NCBI RefSeq assembly: GCF_964355755.1
Contig: NC_092673.1
Coordinates: 20,829,648 to 20,893,647 of the forward strand
Origin: Antedon mediterranea
Lineage: Eukaryota; Animalia; Echinodermata
Reading direction: 5' to 3'
DNA: 64,000 nucleotides
Below are positions 36,179 to 53,795 of the stretch, piece by piece (the stretch's first letter is position 1; every line of letters starts with the position of its first letter). The translations under genes and the position numbers were made by a program. Below the pieces are notes generated by a model. The model made no database searches. It saw only the letters and a program-made list of their open reading frames with translations, and had not been told where the DNA came from.

Positions 36179-36738
36179 TTTTTTTTTTTTTTTAAACTTG
36201 CAAAGTACATGTGTGTGTAAGAGAGTGTGACCTCACGCACACCACACGACCTTATTATGGTTTTACGCGCATGCGTATTGGAGCATGTGACTAATTACGT
36301 CATTGTTTTTATGACACGTGATGATTGGTTCAGCCCTTTTTACTTATGTAAATTTGATTCCGGGGTGTACACAATAACACTCCTATCTAACAATATATAT
36401 AATATACATACTTAAAATATAAAGCAAAGTTTTAATAGAGTTACAATTGAAAATGAAGCATATTGTTTTTTAAAGGCTTTATATGCCACATATTGTAATA
36501 TTTCTGCTTTAAAGTAAAATTCAGAAAATGTGTTACTGTAATTTTCTGAATTGTGTCACCCGGGTACAAACGGAAGCAAAACATTGGACTGGTGCAGAGA
36601 GTTGTGTTGTTTTTTTTACGTGGAAGTCAGTTTATTGCGTTTTGGCGTATTTGTAAACAAACGATCGTACAAGAAAGGGAGTGAGCTTCAATAACATTTT
36701 GTAAAAAACATAGAAAAGTCTTATTTAGAAAAACAGCT
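36179..36738. promoter_or_regulatory. Putative bidirectional promoter, MRPL43 / BNIP3
   Basis: 560 bp between divergent ATGs. NRF1-like ACGCGCATGCGT 36265-36276, E-box CACGTG 36315-36320, ETS CGGAAG ~36571, HRE-like TACGTG 36617-36622, FOXO GTAAACAA 36653-36660. Confidence 0.7.
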
Positions 36739-39700
36739 ATGTCTTCTACCCCTAGGACTGAAAATGAAGACAATCTAAGTGGTAAGTCAAGTTTTTAGTT
36801 CGTTTGTTTACAGTAAAATAATACATAAAAGACCTGATAATCCTAGCTGGCTCCAATCCAATGCATTTAGTAATAGTAGAATCCTTGAGTTTTTGCACCA
36901 GCTGGTATAGTTTTGGTTTGCATTTTTCTCTTTTTGCAGGCATATTAATAAGGACATTTTAGATCAGAAATCATTGATGATAGTTTGTGTAAATTCATTG
37001 TAATAATATTATAATATGTATAATCAACAATATAGAAAATCTATATCAAAGAAAAGTTGTACTAGAAAAAAAAAAAAGCGAAAAAAAAATAATATAGGCC
37101 TAGGCCTATGTAAAGGGACTAGACAGTCTACTGTACTTTTATTTTATACATGATATTAGGGACATATTTTTGTAGATTCTTTTTATTTTATTTTTTTTCT
37201 CCAGAATCGTGGGTTGAGTTGAACTATGGTCAAGATGCCTTGAATGGAAGCCAAGGGCGAGCCGTGATAAATGTGAACCGGGCTACAATGGAAAAACTCC
37301 TCATGGAAGCCCAGAGAGAATCGAGGAACACATCAAGAGGAAGTTCCCAGGGAGGAAGGTACAGGATATTTTTTATTTAAATAGATGTTTTCGTTGTAAA
37401 TTACTGTAATAATTTCTTTGCAATGGCATATATTTCCAAAAGCAAAAACATATACCATATTTTATCGAATAAACAACCTTGAAGCGTTTATTATTATCTG
37501 GGTTTTTAGAGGGGCATTTATTTTTTTGTGTAATATGGTAACATGTATAATCAAATAAATATACCCATTAGAAAAAATACAACACAATTAATATCGAGAA
37601 GTGATAAAATACAGTAAAAGTGTATCAAAATGATTGTAGATTGTGGAGTACTTATTCAAATAAATACAGTATGTATGTGTGTATACATTTTTTAGACATC
37701 TGCCAGGTTTTTTGATGAATAGATGACTGAATGATTTCGCTTATGGACTTCCAGCAGTTTTAATCATTTCTCACTTTTTGAAAAATAATATTCATTGCTA
37801 CACTTTTTTCTTTACCCAGTATACTCCCATATACTACTTACACCCATAACAGAGTGTTCTGGTTCAGATTATTTATAAATAACATGAATGTGTGAATTAT
37901 CTGTACAGTAGTTTATTTTATCCATTATCAACATTTTTATGTGATTTCTTCTCAATTCATTATTAATTATATAACATACAACATAATATACCCCCTAAAT
38001 GTATGTAATCCACTGGTATTGTCATTTTGTTTAACTATTATTACACACTAAATAATACTGTGCATGCATTGAGGAACAGATACATTTCATATCATTCAAT
38101 GTACTAGTATATAAACAAATCCCCTTGAAACAAGTACGGTAATTGTATTAGATAATAAATGTCGTAAATTGAATTACAAACAAGTTATTTAGGCTTACAA
38201 AATTATTAAATATTTGGATATGCCATATATTATTGTCACAAAATATTCACATTGACCAAAAATTGGGTAAGAAAAAAAAGGATTTACATGAAAAAAATGT
38301 AATTTAAAGCCAAAAATACTTCAATTGTCTGTCAGACAATGGTTTTTGTCTTTTTATAAGTGAAATAATAATTTTTTTTACAGAAGTAAATAACTTTATT
38401 AAATCTGCAATACAGTATGGTCTATTAAATTATCTGATTTGATTATAATCTTCATTTTCATGTTTTTGAGGGACAATACATCATTAATACAATTTTCTTT
38501 TTTGATGATCCAATTAAATCATCATAAACAAAATGTTGTTAATAAATATTATAAATGACATTAATAAAATTGTGGAATGTATAATATAGTTCTGAAAAGA
38601 ACTGTTGAGACGTTTCTCGAAGTTTTGAACAATGATTGTCCTCAGGAGTGATAATGCAGTCCAAGAAACTGGGAATATAAGAATTTGGTGGGACGAGTGT
38701 AAAAGCTAAAATAATAGTAAGGTCAACAATGGCAGAGATTTAAACTACTGTAGCTGTAGAATATTTATGCACAGTTTCTTTGTGACAAGTTTAGTATTTT
38801 TGATTCCTTTCCTGACTTTATCTTGGGTTTCACAGAGTATTCTGGCTTTCTTAATCTGAATACTGTACATAGTCTCACCCCATTGCTTTTGAAATAATGC
38901 AATAAAAGAGCAACCAGAAGCATCTGATAACAAGTACATCATGGTACAAGGCAAATTAACTGGATGACGTGCAGATCTGCATGACATGTTCACAGTCTGA
39001 ACGCGAGCCAAGTTTTTCCCCCTTGAACTTGCAGTTGACGTATTTTAATTCTTAGATGTAATGATGAAAGGAAATGAGATAAAATTATATAAATAGTTCA
39101 ATTTATTTAATTCAATTATTCATTTTGGAAACAATTATATCGATAATAAACAAAAATATGTGCAAAACTACAAAAAGAAATTTGTACATAAAAATAGAGA
39201 ATCCTGGTACTGTCTTCATGCTTTACTGAACGTTGTTAAAATGGTTGACAGTTCATGTAAAGGGCATTGTTGTCATTAAAATGAAACACTCTACGAATTT
39301 AATTTTTACACGTTGTACGGTGTAATAATGCTATTGTTTCCTAATCTACATTTTTTAATGTACTTCCTTCTGTAGTTTCTTTAATGAGTTTTCAATTCAT
39401 ACATACATAATGAAAAAGCAGCATTTTCCTGAAAGAGTGCAAATTCAATTTTGCATTATTGTCATGTGATGCAACTAAATAATAAAACTAAATAGTCATA
39501 TACTGACGATAACCGTTTATGGATCAATTATAAATAATGTGTTCCCTTAAAATTGTCAGGACTGTTAAACATGGTATAACGGCTATGAGCGCTCACTGGT
39601 TAAACCCAGTGGCCTCGGAGATTATGGCGACCCCTGAGAAGTGCCCAGAGGAAAAAACAGGCATTCAAATATGTCGAAAAAGGCTGAGGCCTCCAGCAAT

Positions 39701-42700
39701 AAAGAGCCACTTGGAGTTCCTAAACCAGGGGTTTCGGGTCTCTGCATTACTGCTCTACTCTGCATTATCACTGTACTATAGTCTACAAGACAAATGTGCG
39801 TTTAGTTAATATTGTGTTGCATTATAATAGAGGTCCTTCATGATAGGATTAAGAAGCTAATGTCTATTTTTGTTATTTAAAAATTAACATTTAAATTTAA
39901 ATATTAACATTTAAATTTAAATGATAATTCAAATATAAAGTGCTAGCTAATTTAAATTTAATTGTAAAGTGTTTCTGTTTTGTTTTTTTTTCCAGTCCTA
40001 AAGGTTCACATAGTCCAGTTGCAAGTGCTCCTGGCTCAATTGCACCTGGTTCACTTGGAAGTGGATTATCAACTGGTTCGTCCAATGAAAAAGCTCCTGT
40101 AAGTAGTACTGGTCATGTGACCTTGCACAGGTAATAAACAATCAATCGCAGGGGTACAATATAGCGCTCTAACAGTACTATACACCTCATCAGAAACTCT
40201 CAATTTTCAACACAAAACATCACTAAATATATCAATTGCATAGTCTTACTGTATGTGTGTAACTTTTTTATTACTTAGCAAATATCTGTTGATATGTTCA
40301 GCTCGACTACAAACATAGTTAATTATGAAAGGCTATAACCTCTCTTATTTATCACAACAACATGAATAGACCTACAGCATGGTTAATGTAAAACCAACAT
40401 TTAACATTACTTAAATTATTAAATCTAGCAGACAACATCCAGTTGCTAAATAATAAATCATGTAACATTAATGTACAGGCAAGAATAGTTTAGTATATTA
40501 TGCAAGGCCTACTGTACATAAAACATTCATTATAACTTCAGTGTTCAACCCTGTCTCTACGGTTTCTCTGACACACTTTCTAGTATTTTGTACCTTTTAC
40601 AGAGTTCATCATATGACCTACATCTGACTGTGTTTCCTTTAAGTTCCTAATTTGGAAACTTAGTAATAATATTCAATCACTACCCGTTACTATAGATGGC
40701 GTACAACGCTTTTGAGCTTAAAGATTAAAATGTGTGTAAATAATAATAATAAATTTCTCTACAGGGCAATTTGCTGCCTGGACAAATAGCTGCAAGAGGC
40801 TCTGATTGGATCTGGGAATGGTCAAGTCGTCCGGAGTTACGTCCATCTAAGTAAGTATTTTAATTGTAAAATTTTGTAAAGCAGACCTCCAATTCGGAAA
40901 AATGAAATATCGAGAGGATTTTTGAAAGCATGTCCAAACTATGGTGCTATAATATTTTGAAAATTACCTCAAAGTAGTAATTAGGGCGATAATATAGAAA
41001 AATATTGCCATCTATAATAGTAAACAATAACATGGTATTTCATGGCGTACCAAAGGCGGAACATGTCGAGAATATAGTATTTTAGCAGGAGAGGGGGAAA
41101 TGAAACAAAATATCGGTAGACTCCGATTATTATCGTGAGAGTTGGGAGGTCTGTGAAATTGATACTACTGTACTATACAGTATCATACAACCAATCAGTA
41201 GAATAAACTCTCCCAAAACTGTAAAATACAATCCCGAATACAATAATGCATATGTAACCGATATTCAGATATTGATACATCCATACAACATTCCTTGAAT
41301 TTTCAATGAAATAAATCCACAAATTTTTTCCAAATATGAAATAATATATAAAATCTTCATTTACATGAAAAGAGAACTCTGAAAGAGCTTTTAAACTGAG
41401 AGAGCCGATTGAATATAATTCTAGTTTCTAGATACCATTAATTCATCATCAAACAGTATCAATAGCAATGGATGAGTGAATTTGAATGATCTTAAACTCT
41501 CGAGGCTCGGAATATGTTTGATTTATTGCTAAGCATCTAACTAGATAATATATAACCTGTATCATTATTATTCCACTGTTGATTTGGTCAATGACATATT
41601 TTATTTTTAATGGCATAGATAGATTCTATAATCTTAAAAAGAAATTATGAAATAATTTAAAGAATTAATATTGTTATATATTATTGTGCTCTGAAAAAAA
41701 TAATTTACCACTCTGTCAACTGGTTAGAAGTCACATTTAAGTTTTTTAAATATTTTGCGAAATAATTTTTTTTTTGTGAATACACTAAGTGAATAACTTT
41801 TTATTTACTACAAAATTGGCTATTAAAGTTTGGTTTATTTTCATCTTTAATACCTTTTAACAAAAGAGGCATTTTTGTAAATGATGTTTACTTTTGCCAT
41901 TAACAGAAATGGTTATCTGAGAATTTGAGACTTTGTACTGGTATTTACTGTCAACTCTCATGCAATACAATATTGAAATAGCTATCTGAATGCAGCCAAT
42001 AAAATTTAATTACTGTATAACAGCATGCTTTGCATAATGCATTGATCCAATTATTTGTATACCGTTATCTGTCTGTGTTAAGGTATCTATCTGGGTTTGA
42101 ATTACCTTTCTTGTTATCTTCTGTAAAATTAATTATTAATAAATAATATTACTTGGCAAAACAGAATACTGTAGTATAAGTAAAAGTATAGTACTTGCTA
42201 TGTTTGTCAATTTATTTCTTAGAATGTTAGCGCCTACAATTTCAAGTTATCATTCTGAGTATTTCGGTCTTTAGGTATATACAGGACAGGCCTATTGAAT
42301 TTAAAGAAAATCTGTTCATTAATAATAACTTCACAAATAAAAAAAACCAAATTGTGTTCTTTTAACATTCTGTGGCAATATTTTTCCAAAGTACTTTCAT
42401 TACTATGGCTTGTATTTCTTACTCTCTTAGAAATAAAAAATTGAATTGTGGATTACAAATATATAAAAAACAATATAAATATAAAATGTAAACTTTCCAG
42501 CATTGATAATATAAAAACCTGTCACTATTATTATATACAAACTAAAATACCTATGCAGTTATGATGTATGTTACAACAAAATAACCTGTATTGATAATAC
42601 ACTTCTATGAGTACATTCGGAAATCAATTTTTTGTTTCAAAACAAAAATTGAAAAAAGCTGTAATACTTTAATTACATGTGTTTTTTCTCGTATTCTAAA

Positions 42701-44053
42701 AGATTCAAAGTTGCATAGAAAATGGATTGAACTTCTGTATATATAATTTCATGTATACTTTTACGTGTGTTAACTAGTATCAGTATAGCCATAATAATGT
42801 GTTGTTTTGTAAACTATAGTAATCAATAATATAATAATGTCTACAGTCTACATCCAATAAATCCCAAAACATAATCCGCACTATATGCCAACAAATAATT
42901 ATTAGTCCTCTCTCCATGACGGTTGTCACATAATGCTTTGTATTATTTTTTATTGTATTTATATGTTTCATATGGACAGTTTGTCTGAAATAAAGTTGAA
43001 TTGAATGCCATACTTTGATTACCTTATCCTCTTTAAAAATCAGTTACCTTGTATTGTTCTGGCCATGAAATCAAAATTTGACCTTTTTCACATAAGACTA
43101 ATTTCACTTTTATTTAAAGAAAAAAAAATCATATCGTTTGAAGGCTTGCATGGCAATATCAAATGTTGATATAAAATTTACGGTACACCACATGTATTAG
43201 TTCTGAAAAGAACTGTTGAGTTTCTCGACGTTTTGGTCAATGCTACTGATTTATGGAAATCTCAATAATAATATCGCATCTCTATTCAAATTTAAAATTA
43301 ATTAAAAATCATAAGAAAGAGAACAGAATGCCAAGATTATTTTCATAATGTTTAAGAGAATTGTTATATAAATAATTTTACTTTTTAAAATTACAAATTT
43401 AAACTAATGTATCATTGTTTTTCTTGCAGGGATTATAGCCGCCTAAAACATCCTGAGAAGTCTGGTCTCAGCATCCGTAAATCAAAGGCTATGAAAAGTG
43501 AACTTCTCTCGGCAGACTTCCTTCGTGTGTTCATCCCGTCCATGTTACTAACAAACATACTGTCCGTAGGCATTGGGTAAGTAGTAGCAATTGGAAAATA
43601 TGAATTAGCCAGCACGAAAAACGTATTCGTTTTTCGTAAGCCAGTAAAACCCTAGTTTGCATGGCAATGAAATATTGAGGGCGCATCCAAAAATGCCCTT
43701 TAGATAGTTAGTAATATCACAGAAGCAACAGTACCCAGACAGGTCGGTCGAAGTTCAGCAGTTTATTTACAGCTCTGTCTACAATATCAAACTTTATGTG
43801 ACAAAAAAAATGTGATGTGCCTATATATGGACATGATGATGTCATATCACTACCATATTTGGGCATATCACTAGCATATTTGGGTACTGTACATCACACT
43901 TATTTTGTCAAACTAGTTTGATAGTGTAGACAGAGCTTTACAATTTGTAGATCCTGTGCTTGTTGGATGTATAATCACAATAAATAATATTCACTGTTTT
44001 TCTTTTCCAGAATTTATGTTGGTCTTCGCATTGCCTCATCCAAGTCAAGCTGA
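36739..44053 (+). CDS. BNIP3: BNIP3/BNIP3L(NIX)-like mitophagy receptor, 6 exons
   Basis: Exons 36739-36781, 37205-37358, 39996-40098, 40765-40850, 43430-43576, 44011-44053 (TGA). LIR motif ESWVEL, MEKLLMEAQRES, DWIWEWSSRPE, LKHP, and a C-terminal TM segment FIPSMLLTNILSVGIGIYVG. Confidence 0.93.
40882..41154. mobile_element. MITE (TIR CAGACCTCCCAA-like)
   Basis: CAGACCTCCAAT ... GTTGGGAGGTCTG inverted ends. Confidence 0.5.
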
Positions 44054-44821
44054 GTGACATCTACAGTGTCTAAAGGAACTTTATGTTGCTATTATTGCTA
44101 AACTTTATCATTGATATGAAGTCACTAAGATACCTTATCCACACATACAACACAAATTGTTACATAGATAATCTTACTGAGTTACGATACTTTTACACAG
44201 TGTAATGCATCATATTAACACTGTGTAAGAACTCATTAGAAAGACATGCACAGATAATAACGTGTTACATCGATGTAAACTTTACCGACTTGCTTTCACA
44301 TGCTAGTTTGTCGCGGTGTAAAATAATGTAAATGCCGTGTAAAAAACTCATTAGAAAGAGATACGCACATACAGATTCCTGGCCACTGTGTTACATTAAT
44401 GTAATTTTTACGAACTTGTTCCAAGATTTTACATCGATGTAACACTTTCAAGTTCGTACCAAGGTAACAATTTGTTACAAGATTTTTGCATGTGTGAATC
44501 GGGCGTTAATTGACTGAAGGTGATTGACTTCATTGATTGTATTATAAATTATATTGTCTTGTCTTTTTTTGTGTCTTTATTTCGTAATGGTTGTTTATAA
44601 CTAAACGAATGTTGGTGTATATTTATATATAACACATTTTCAAAAACATGTATTTTCTAAACTATTTTTGTTGTAAGAAAATCACAAAAAATGTATCATT
44701 TATAACTCAGTTATTGTTTATGTTGAATAATTTTAAAATATGAAGATCTTTTATTAGAATAGTTCTGTTTTTTGTATAATTTGAATATCCTTTGTACAGC
44801 CTCAAGTAGTAATAATTTAGT

Positions 44822-45113
44822 TTAAAGATGTATTGTCCACCAAAAACTTGAAAAATGAACATTAATAAGAAAAAGATTTGAATAAGCCATTCAAGTTAAT
44901 CACTTCCATAAAAAAAATGTTTTACTTTTAAAAAGACAAAATAAATAGTTAAATTCAACCAAAAACCTGTTGACTTCCAGTCAATTTTACTATTTTTGCC
45001 TTATTTTACAGTTTTTTCAGGTAAATTTTTTGTCAAAGTGACACTAAAATGCCATAATAAACAAAAAAAATTTAAAAAAATGTTTTTTTAAGGGGGACAA
45101 TATTTATATCTTA
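44822..45113. mobile_element. TTAA-flanked MITE, family C (Kolobok-like; TIR AGATGTATTGTCCCC)
   Basis: TTAAAGATGTATTGTCC...GGGGACAATA...CTTAA. Degenerate copies at ~11439-11775, 23565-23930, 25050-25305, 25370-25577, 27541-27790, 38230-38487, 46845-47000. Confidence 0.7.
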
Positions 45114-46203
45114 ATGAATAGTTGTTATTTTTAGGCTTTTATATTTAAACTAGTTTGTCAATGACTTGTATTATATAATTACAAATATTTATTGGGATTA
45201 ATAATATTTAACCATGTATTAATTTTTTAAAGGTAGTATTAGTGTTAAAGGAATTTGTAGCAAATTGTAACTGCTTGCTCTTGAATTTTCTGAGCAATAT
45301 GCTATATGTACAGATGTTAGTCATAGAAATAGTCGTAAAGTAAAATCAGTTATCATTTTAGCAAAACAATCAACTTGATTAAATTAACTAATTTCTGAGT
45401 TCAAGTATTATACGTATGAAACGCCATATGTGCTAAAATATTGATCTTTTTTCTAATATTAATTAGAAACACGGTTTAAAACCTAGACTATATTTATTGT
45501 AGTTTCTGCCTCATAATCTCTAAATTGTAACGAATTGAAAACGTAAGTTATTCCAGAAAATAATATAGTTACTGCAGAATCTACAGTAGAATAATGTTGA
45601 CATGATCACTAAGTCTAGGTGGGATTCTATGCAAACGTCATTGAATTTAACCCTTAAACTTTCTCGTAAGCGTTCTCATACGCACCAACTACACGTCATA
45701 TATCAACATTGCTTCATAAGGTTTTTTTTAAACAGGTAATGAGTACTTCACATTCAAATTGTGAATTTTACTGAATAGCAGGTTAACTGTATATTTGAGC
45801 TTTTGTCAAACGTCTCTGTTCTGATGAAAAGAAAAGAAGACATTTTTTTTTTTAGTGCTGTAACTTTAAAATATATTGTTCCATGCTTTTTAGTAAGAAT
45901 GCATTATTATTACTTTGCACTGATTGTAAATAAATTGAACTTCATTATTACAGTTATTAAACTAAGAAAATAAATGTAATTTTTAGATAGTAGTTTTACC
46001 GTGTCTGTCCTTTTTTGTAGAACTTAGTAAAACTGTTATTGCTGTATTAGGAATATCTGCACCATTAGATTATTCCAGTAGGAATAGTAATCCAACCTAA
46101 CAAGATGCTGAGCTCCGCTACTAGATGTTTCATGTGTGGTTGTGACACGATCAGTTTTACTCCTCTAAACGCTTGACTGAATTTCGTTTGGCCAAAACAT
46201 TAA

Positions 46204-46672
46204 AGGCTAGGTGCGGGCAAAAAAATTCTATTGATCATACATTCCAATAATTATCGATCTATGCTTCATAATTTTTGGGATTTTATTTGTGGTACACGAG
46301 CTTGTTGAAAATAAGCACTTTCTTAGTAAAATCTCTATTCTTTTGTACACAAATTTTGTAAATAGAGAGGCATTTTAAAAAGCTATGAAAAATAAACGGT
46401 GTGGTAAAAAATGTTATCAGATGACTAAATATAGGTAATATAACTTGAATATTACATTTCTGATATTTTTATTCAACTTCAGATTTTTATTTTCATGCTA
46501 TGGCAAAAATTATCCACCGTATATCCATCATCTTTTTTCAAATTTTGCCAATTTTGTATTTGACCATATTAAAGGAAATTCATGTTTTTTCGTCTCGATT
46601 TCTGTTACAAATAATTGATTTATGTACAATTAACCAAATATTATATTTAAAATCCATGCCTGTACCTGAGCT
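46204..46672. mobile_element. TTAA-flanked non-autonomous DNA element (Kolobok-like)
   Basis: TTAA|AGGCTAGGTGCGGGCA ... TGCCTGTACCTGAGCT|TTAA, imperfect TIRs. Confidence 0.55.
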
Positions 46673-47824
46673 TTAAAGTTACACAATACAATTGGTTTGT
46701 GTAAATTAATGCAAACATTGTCAACATTAAATAAAATTAAAATTACATTCAGAAAAAACTAGATATATAAGACAAGAAATATTTCTTACAAAAAACGCTG
46801 CTCGCTTATTGAAAAATATTTTTTATTTCAAATGTTTTTGAAAGTGTCATTTAATTGTCACATAATAGTTATTTTACCTGAAAAAAAATGTAATTTAAAG
46901 CAACAAATACTTAAATTGTCTGTCAGACAATGGTTTTTGGGTTTCTTTTCTCTTTTTATATGTGAATAAATATTATTTTTTTGTTACAGAAATGAATACT
47001 CAATTTCTGTCACTTAATTTTATTGCTAAGGTCAAGTCGGGGGTTCACTTCATCACCCTAGATATTTCAAGTGTGAAGTATCCTATTACAAACACAAACT
47101 TTAATGGACTGTTTCGATAATAATTCAATGAATATCTGACAGTGAATTACAGTCAAAAGCCAGTATTATAGTCAAATGGGACTCATAAATACCAGAAATG
47201 CTTTGGGATTTGTAATTTTAGCATGACATGTCCCAATAGACGCTTTTCCCAGACGTTTTTTTGGGTCTAGCAGCTGGAAATCTATAAATTATAGTGGAGT
47301 TTCCATTTTCGCAAAACTGTCGTCCTTAGAACTATAACTGCTGCTTGCTTTAGCTTCTGATTGAGTAGTCCTAATGGGACGTAGCGGGCTAGAGCAGCAA
47401 CGTGAAAAAAACAAACTGTTAAGAGTACCAAAATAAATTATATATGTAACGTATGGTGTCACATCTAATTCGATGCAAATTAACGGCTGTAACAGAAACT
47501 AGTATGCATGTGTCGCAACCAATCATAAGATCAAAGGACTGAGTTCATATCTTAGTAAGGCGAGCTCAGCATCCTGTTGTTACCTTGTCCAAACTAAACA
47601 TTTAATACTGGTTTTTTAAATATATAAAAACGAAAAAAAAGACAAATATTCTAGGAGAACAAAGCCTCAATATTTTTGATAATTGTTCTATAGAGTTAAA
47701 CAAAATCAGAATAAGTGAAATTGATGAATTTATTTCAACAAATAATGTAAACAATTTCCTTCTTGTTATCCCGGCAATTTATTTTCGCATAATTTCTTTA
47801 TTTTTCAGGTAATTGTCAGATTAA

Positions 47825-48005
47825 AGCTTGGTTCCCACTAGAACGTTAACGCAAGGACGTAAACGCAACGCAAGCGTTTTAACCAATGACAAGCGAAGTT
47901 ATAGACAGTTTAGCAATCACAAGCGAATAAGCCATCGCTTGTGATTGGTCAATTCACTTGCGTTGCGTTACGTCCTTGTGTTGCGTCGCTAGTGGGAACC
48001 ACGCT
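47825..48005. mobile_element. Harbinger-type MITE, family D (TIR AGCTTGGTTCCCACTAG)
   Basis: Long palindromic arms, TAA flanks. Second copy at 61523-61680. Confidence 0.85.
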
Positions 48006-48225
48006 TAAATAGAAGACTGAATGAATGATATGAGTCAAATAAGGCAAAGCGTTGTTAGTCTTCAACTTTTATTTACTTAAGTCAAATTGAATTCCATTAT
48101 AGAGTATTTGTAACAGTATAAGTAATAAGTATAATATCAATAATAATAATATTAACCACAATAATAATGTTACTGTACTTAATTAGTTTCACTAACAAGT
48201 AAATTGTTAGTGCACTCTGCGGTGT

Positions 48226-52472
<4,247 letters not shown>

Positions 52473-53529
52473 GTTGTTACAAGGGATAAGCAAAACCTGT
52501 GAAGCTAATGTTTAAATGAAAAAACAAATGTAAAACAGATCATTCAACATTCCTGTTATATAGACATATTCCATATGTAGTTATAAATTCATATCTATCA
52601 AAAGACCCAATTTGATAAGCTTATTACGCACACAATTAGATTGCAATTCACACCTGTATCCGGCAAAAATTCTCACCACCATTCTTCAATAAACATGTCG
52701 TAGGCCTAATTTGATGTATAATATAATACTGAAACCCACGTGGTGTATACCATGCTATATTTATAGATCCATGATAATACCGATCCCTTATTCTAATTTG
52801 AGTATAAAGAGACTTTTAATTAGCTTGTACAAATGTTTTACTTGGTGCAATATTTTTTTGTATTTTGATGTTTTTTAGGAGCAACTGACTCTTTGAGTCA
52901 TAGTAATTTTGTTTGCTTTAGTTGCCCCTGACCATTGTGCTTTGTTTCTGTTCTTATTTTAATGTTTATTGGTCGAATAAATAAATGAAATAATACTTTA
53001 CAATGATTATGTTCACATCCTCAACATTCACACCTTAGTTTTTTTTCTAATACCCGTAAGTGATGACTGCAATCAACAGTTTTATTTGCATTGCGCCTAC
53101 GTCAATTAATTTCAATAAGCGGCAAACCTGGTCGTAAAAGTCTTGTTAATTGTTTGCTGTTATCAAACTACTTGGCTTATCATTGTATAAACATATTATT
53201 AAATACAGATGTCATTTTTTGTAACTATTGATTCAAACAAAGGTACTCCCATAAATATAATTATATAATATCTGTCGGTCTCGTGGTCAATCAGCTCGCA
53301 TCCAGTGTTCATTATCGTGTTTATAAACGTAAATCCAATGAGCTAAAACATGTTGGAAAGACCACTAATTTAATCTTAGATAATTTAAATTTATTTATTT
53401 GAATCGATAGCACTCATTATTATTTGTACATCATGAAAAAATTGAACTTATTAACTGTTATAGGAGATATATTTATAGACTTATTATTTTATCATCATAA
53501 TTATTATTATACTTGGAAAACCAACAAAT

Positions 53530-53795
53530 TGGTCAGGAGAACAAACAAAGGTGAATGATGCAGTAAAGACAGCAAAATGTATAAACTGGAGGTTGTGGGC
53601 AGGATACACGAAGGTAGATGGACACAATTGACAACGGATCGTGGCAATCATTATGGAGAAAAAAAGGGTGGTAGACGTCATTTGAGACCGGTACCACAGC
53701 ATGGCCAAGACTTACGAAAGGCAGGATCAAATGGTACCAGTTATGAGAAGCCTTTGTCCAGCAGTAGGACGATATGGGCTGAAGAAGAAGATTAT
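53530..53795 (+). mobile_element. RTE-clade LINE 3' fragment
   Basis: Frameshifted pieces REQTKVNDAVKTAK..WR.WAG / GRWTQLTT / EAFVQQ, followed by a (GAA)n tail. Confidence 0.7.

Noticed and set aside
39537-39809. 90-aa ORF in BNIP3 intron 2
   Set aside because: No recognisable domain or phase-compatible splice sites. Probably a repeat remnant.
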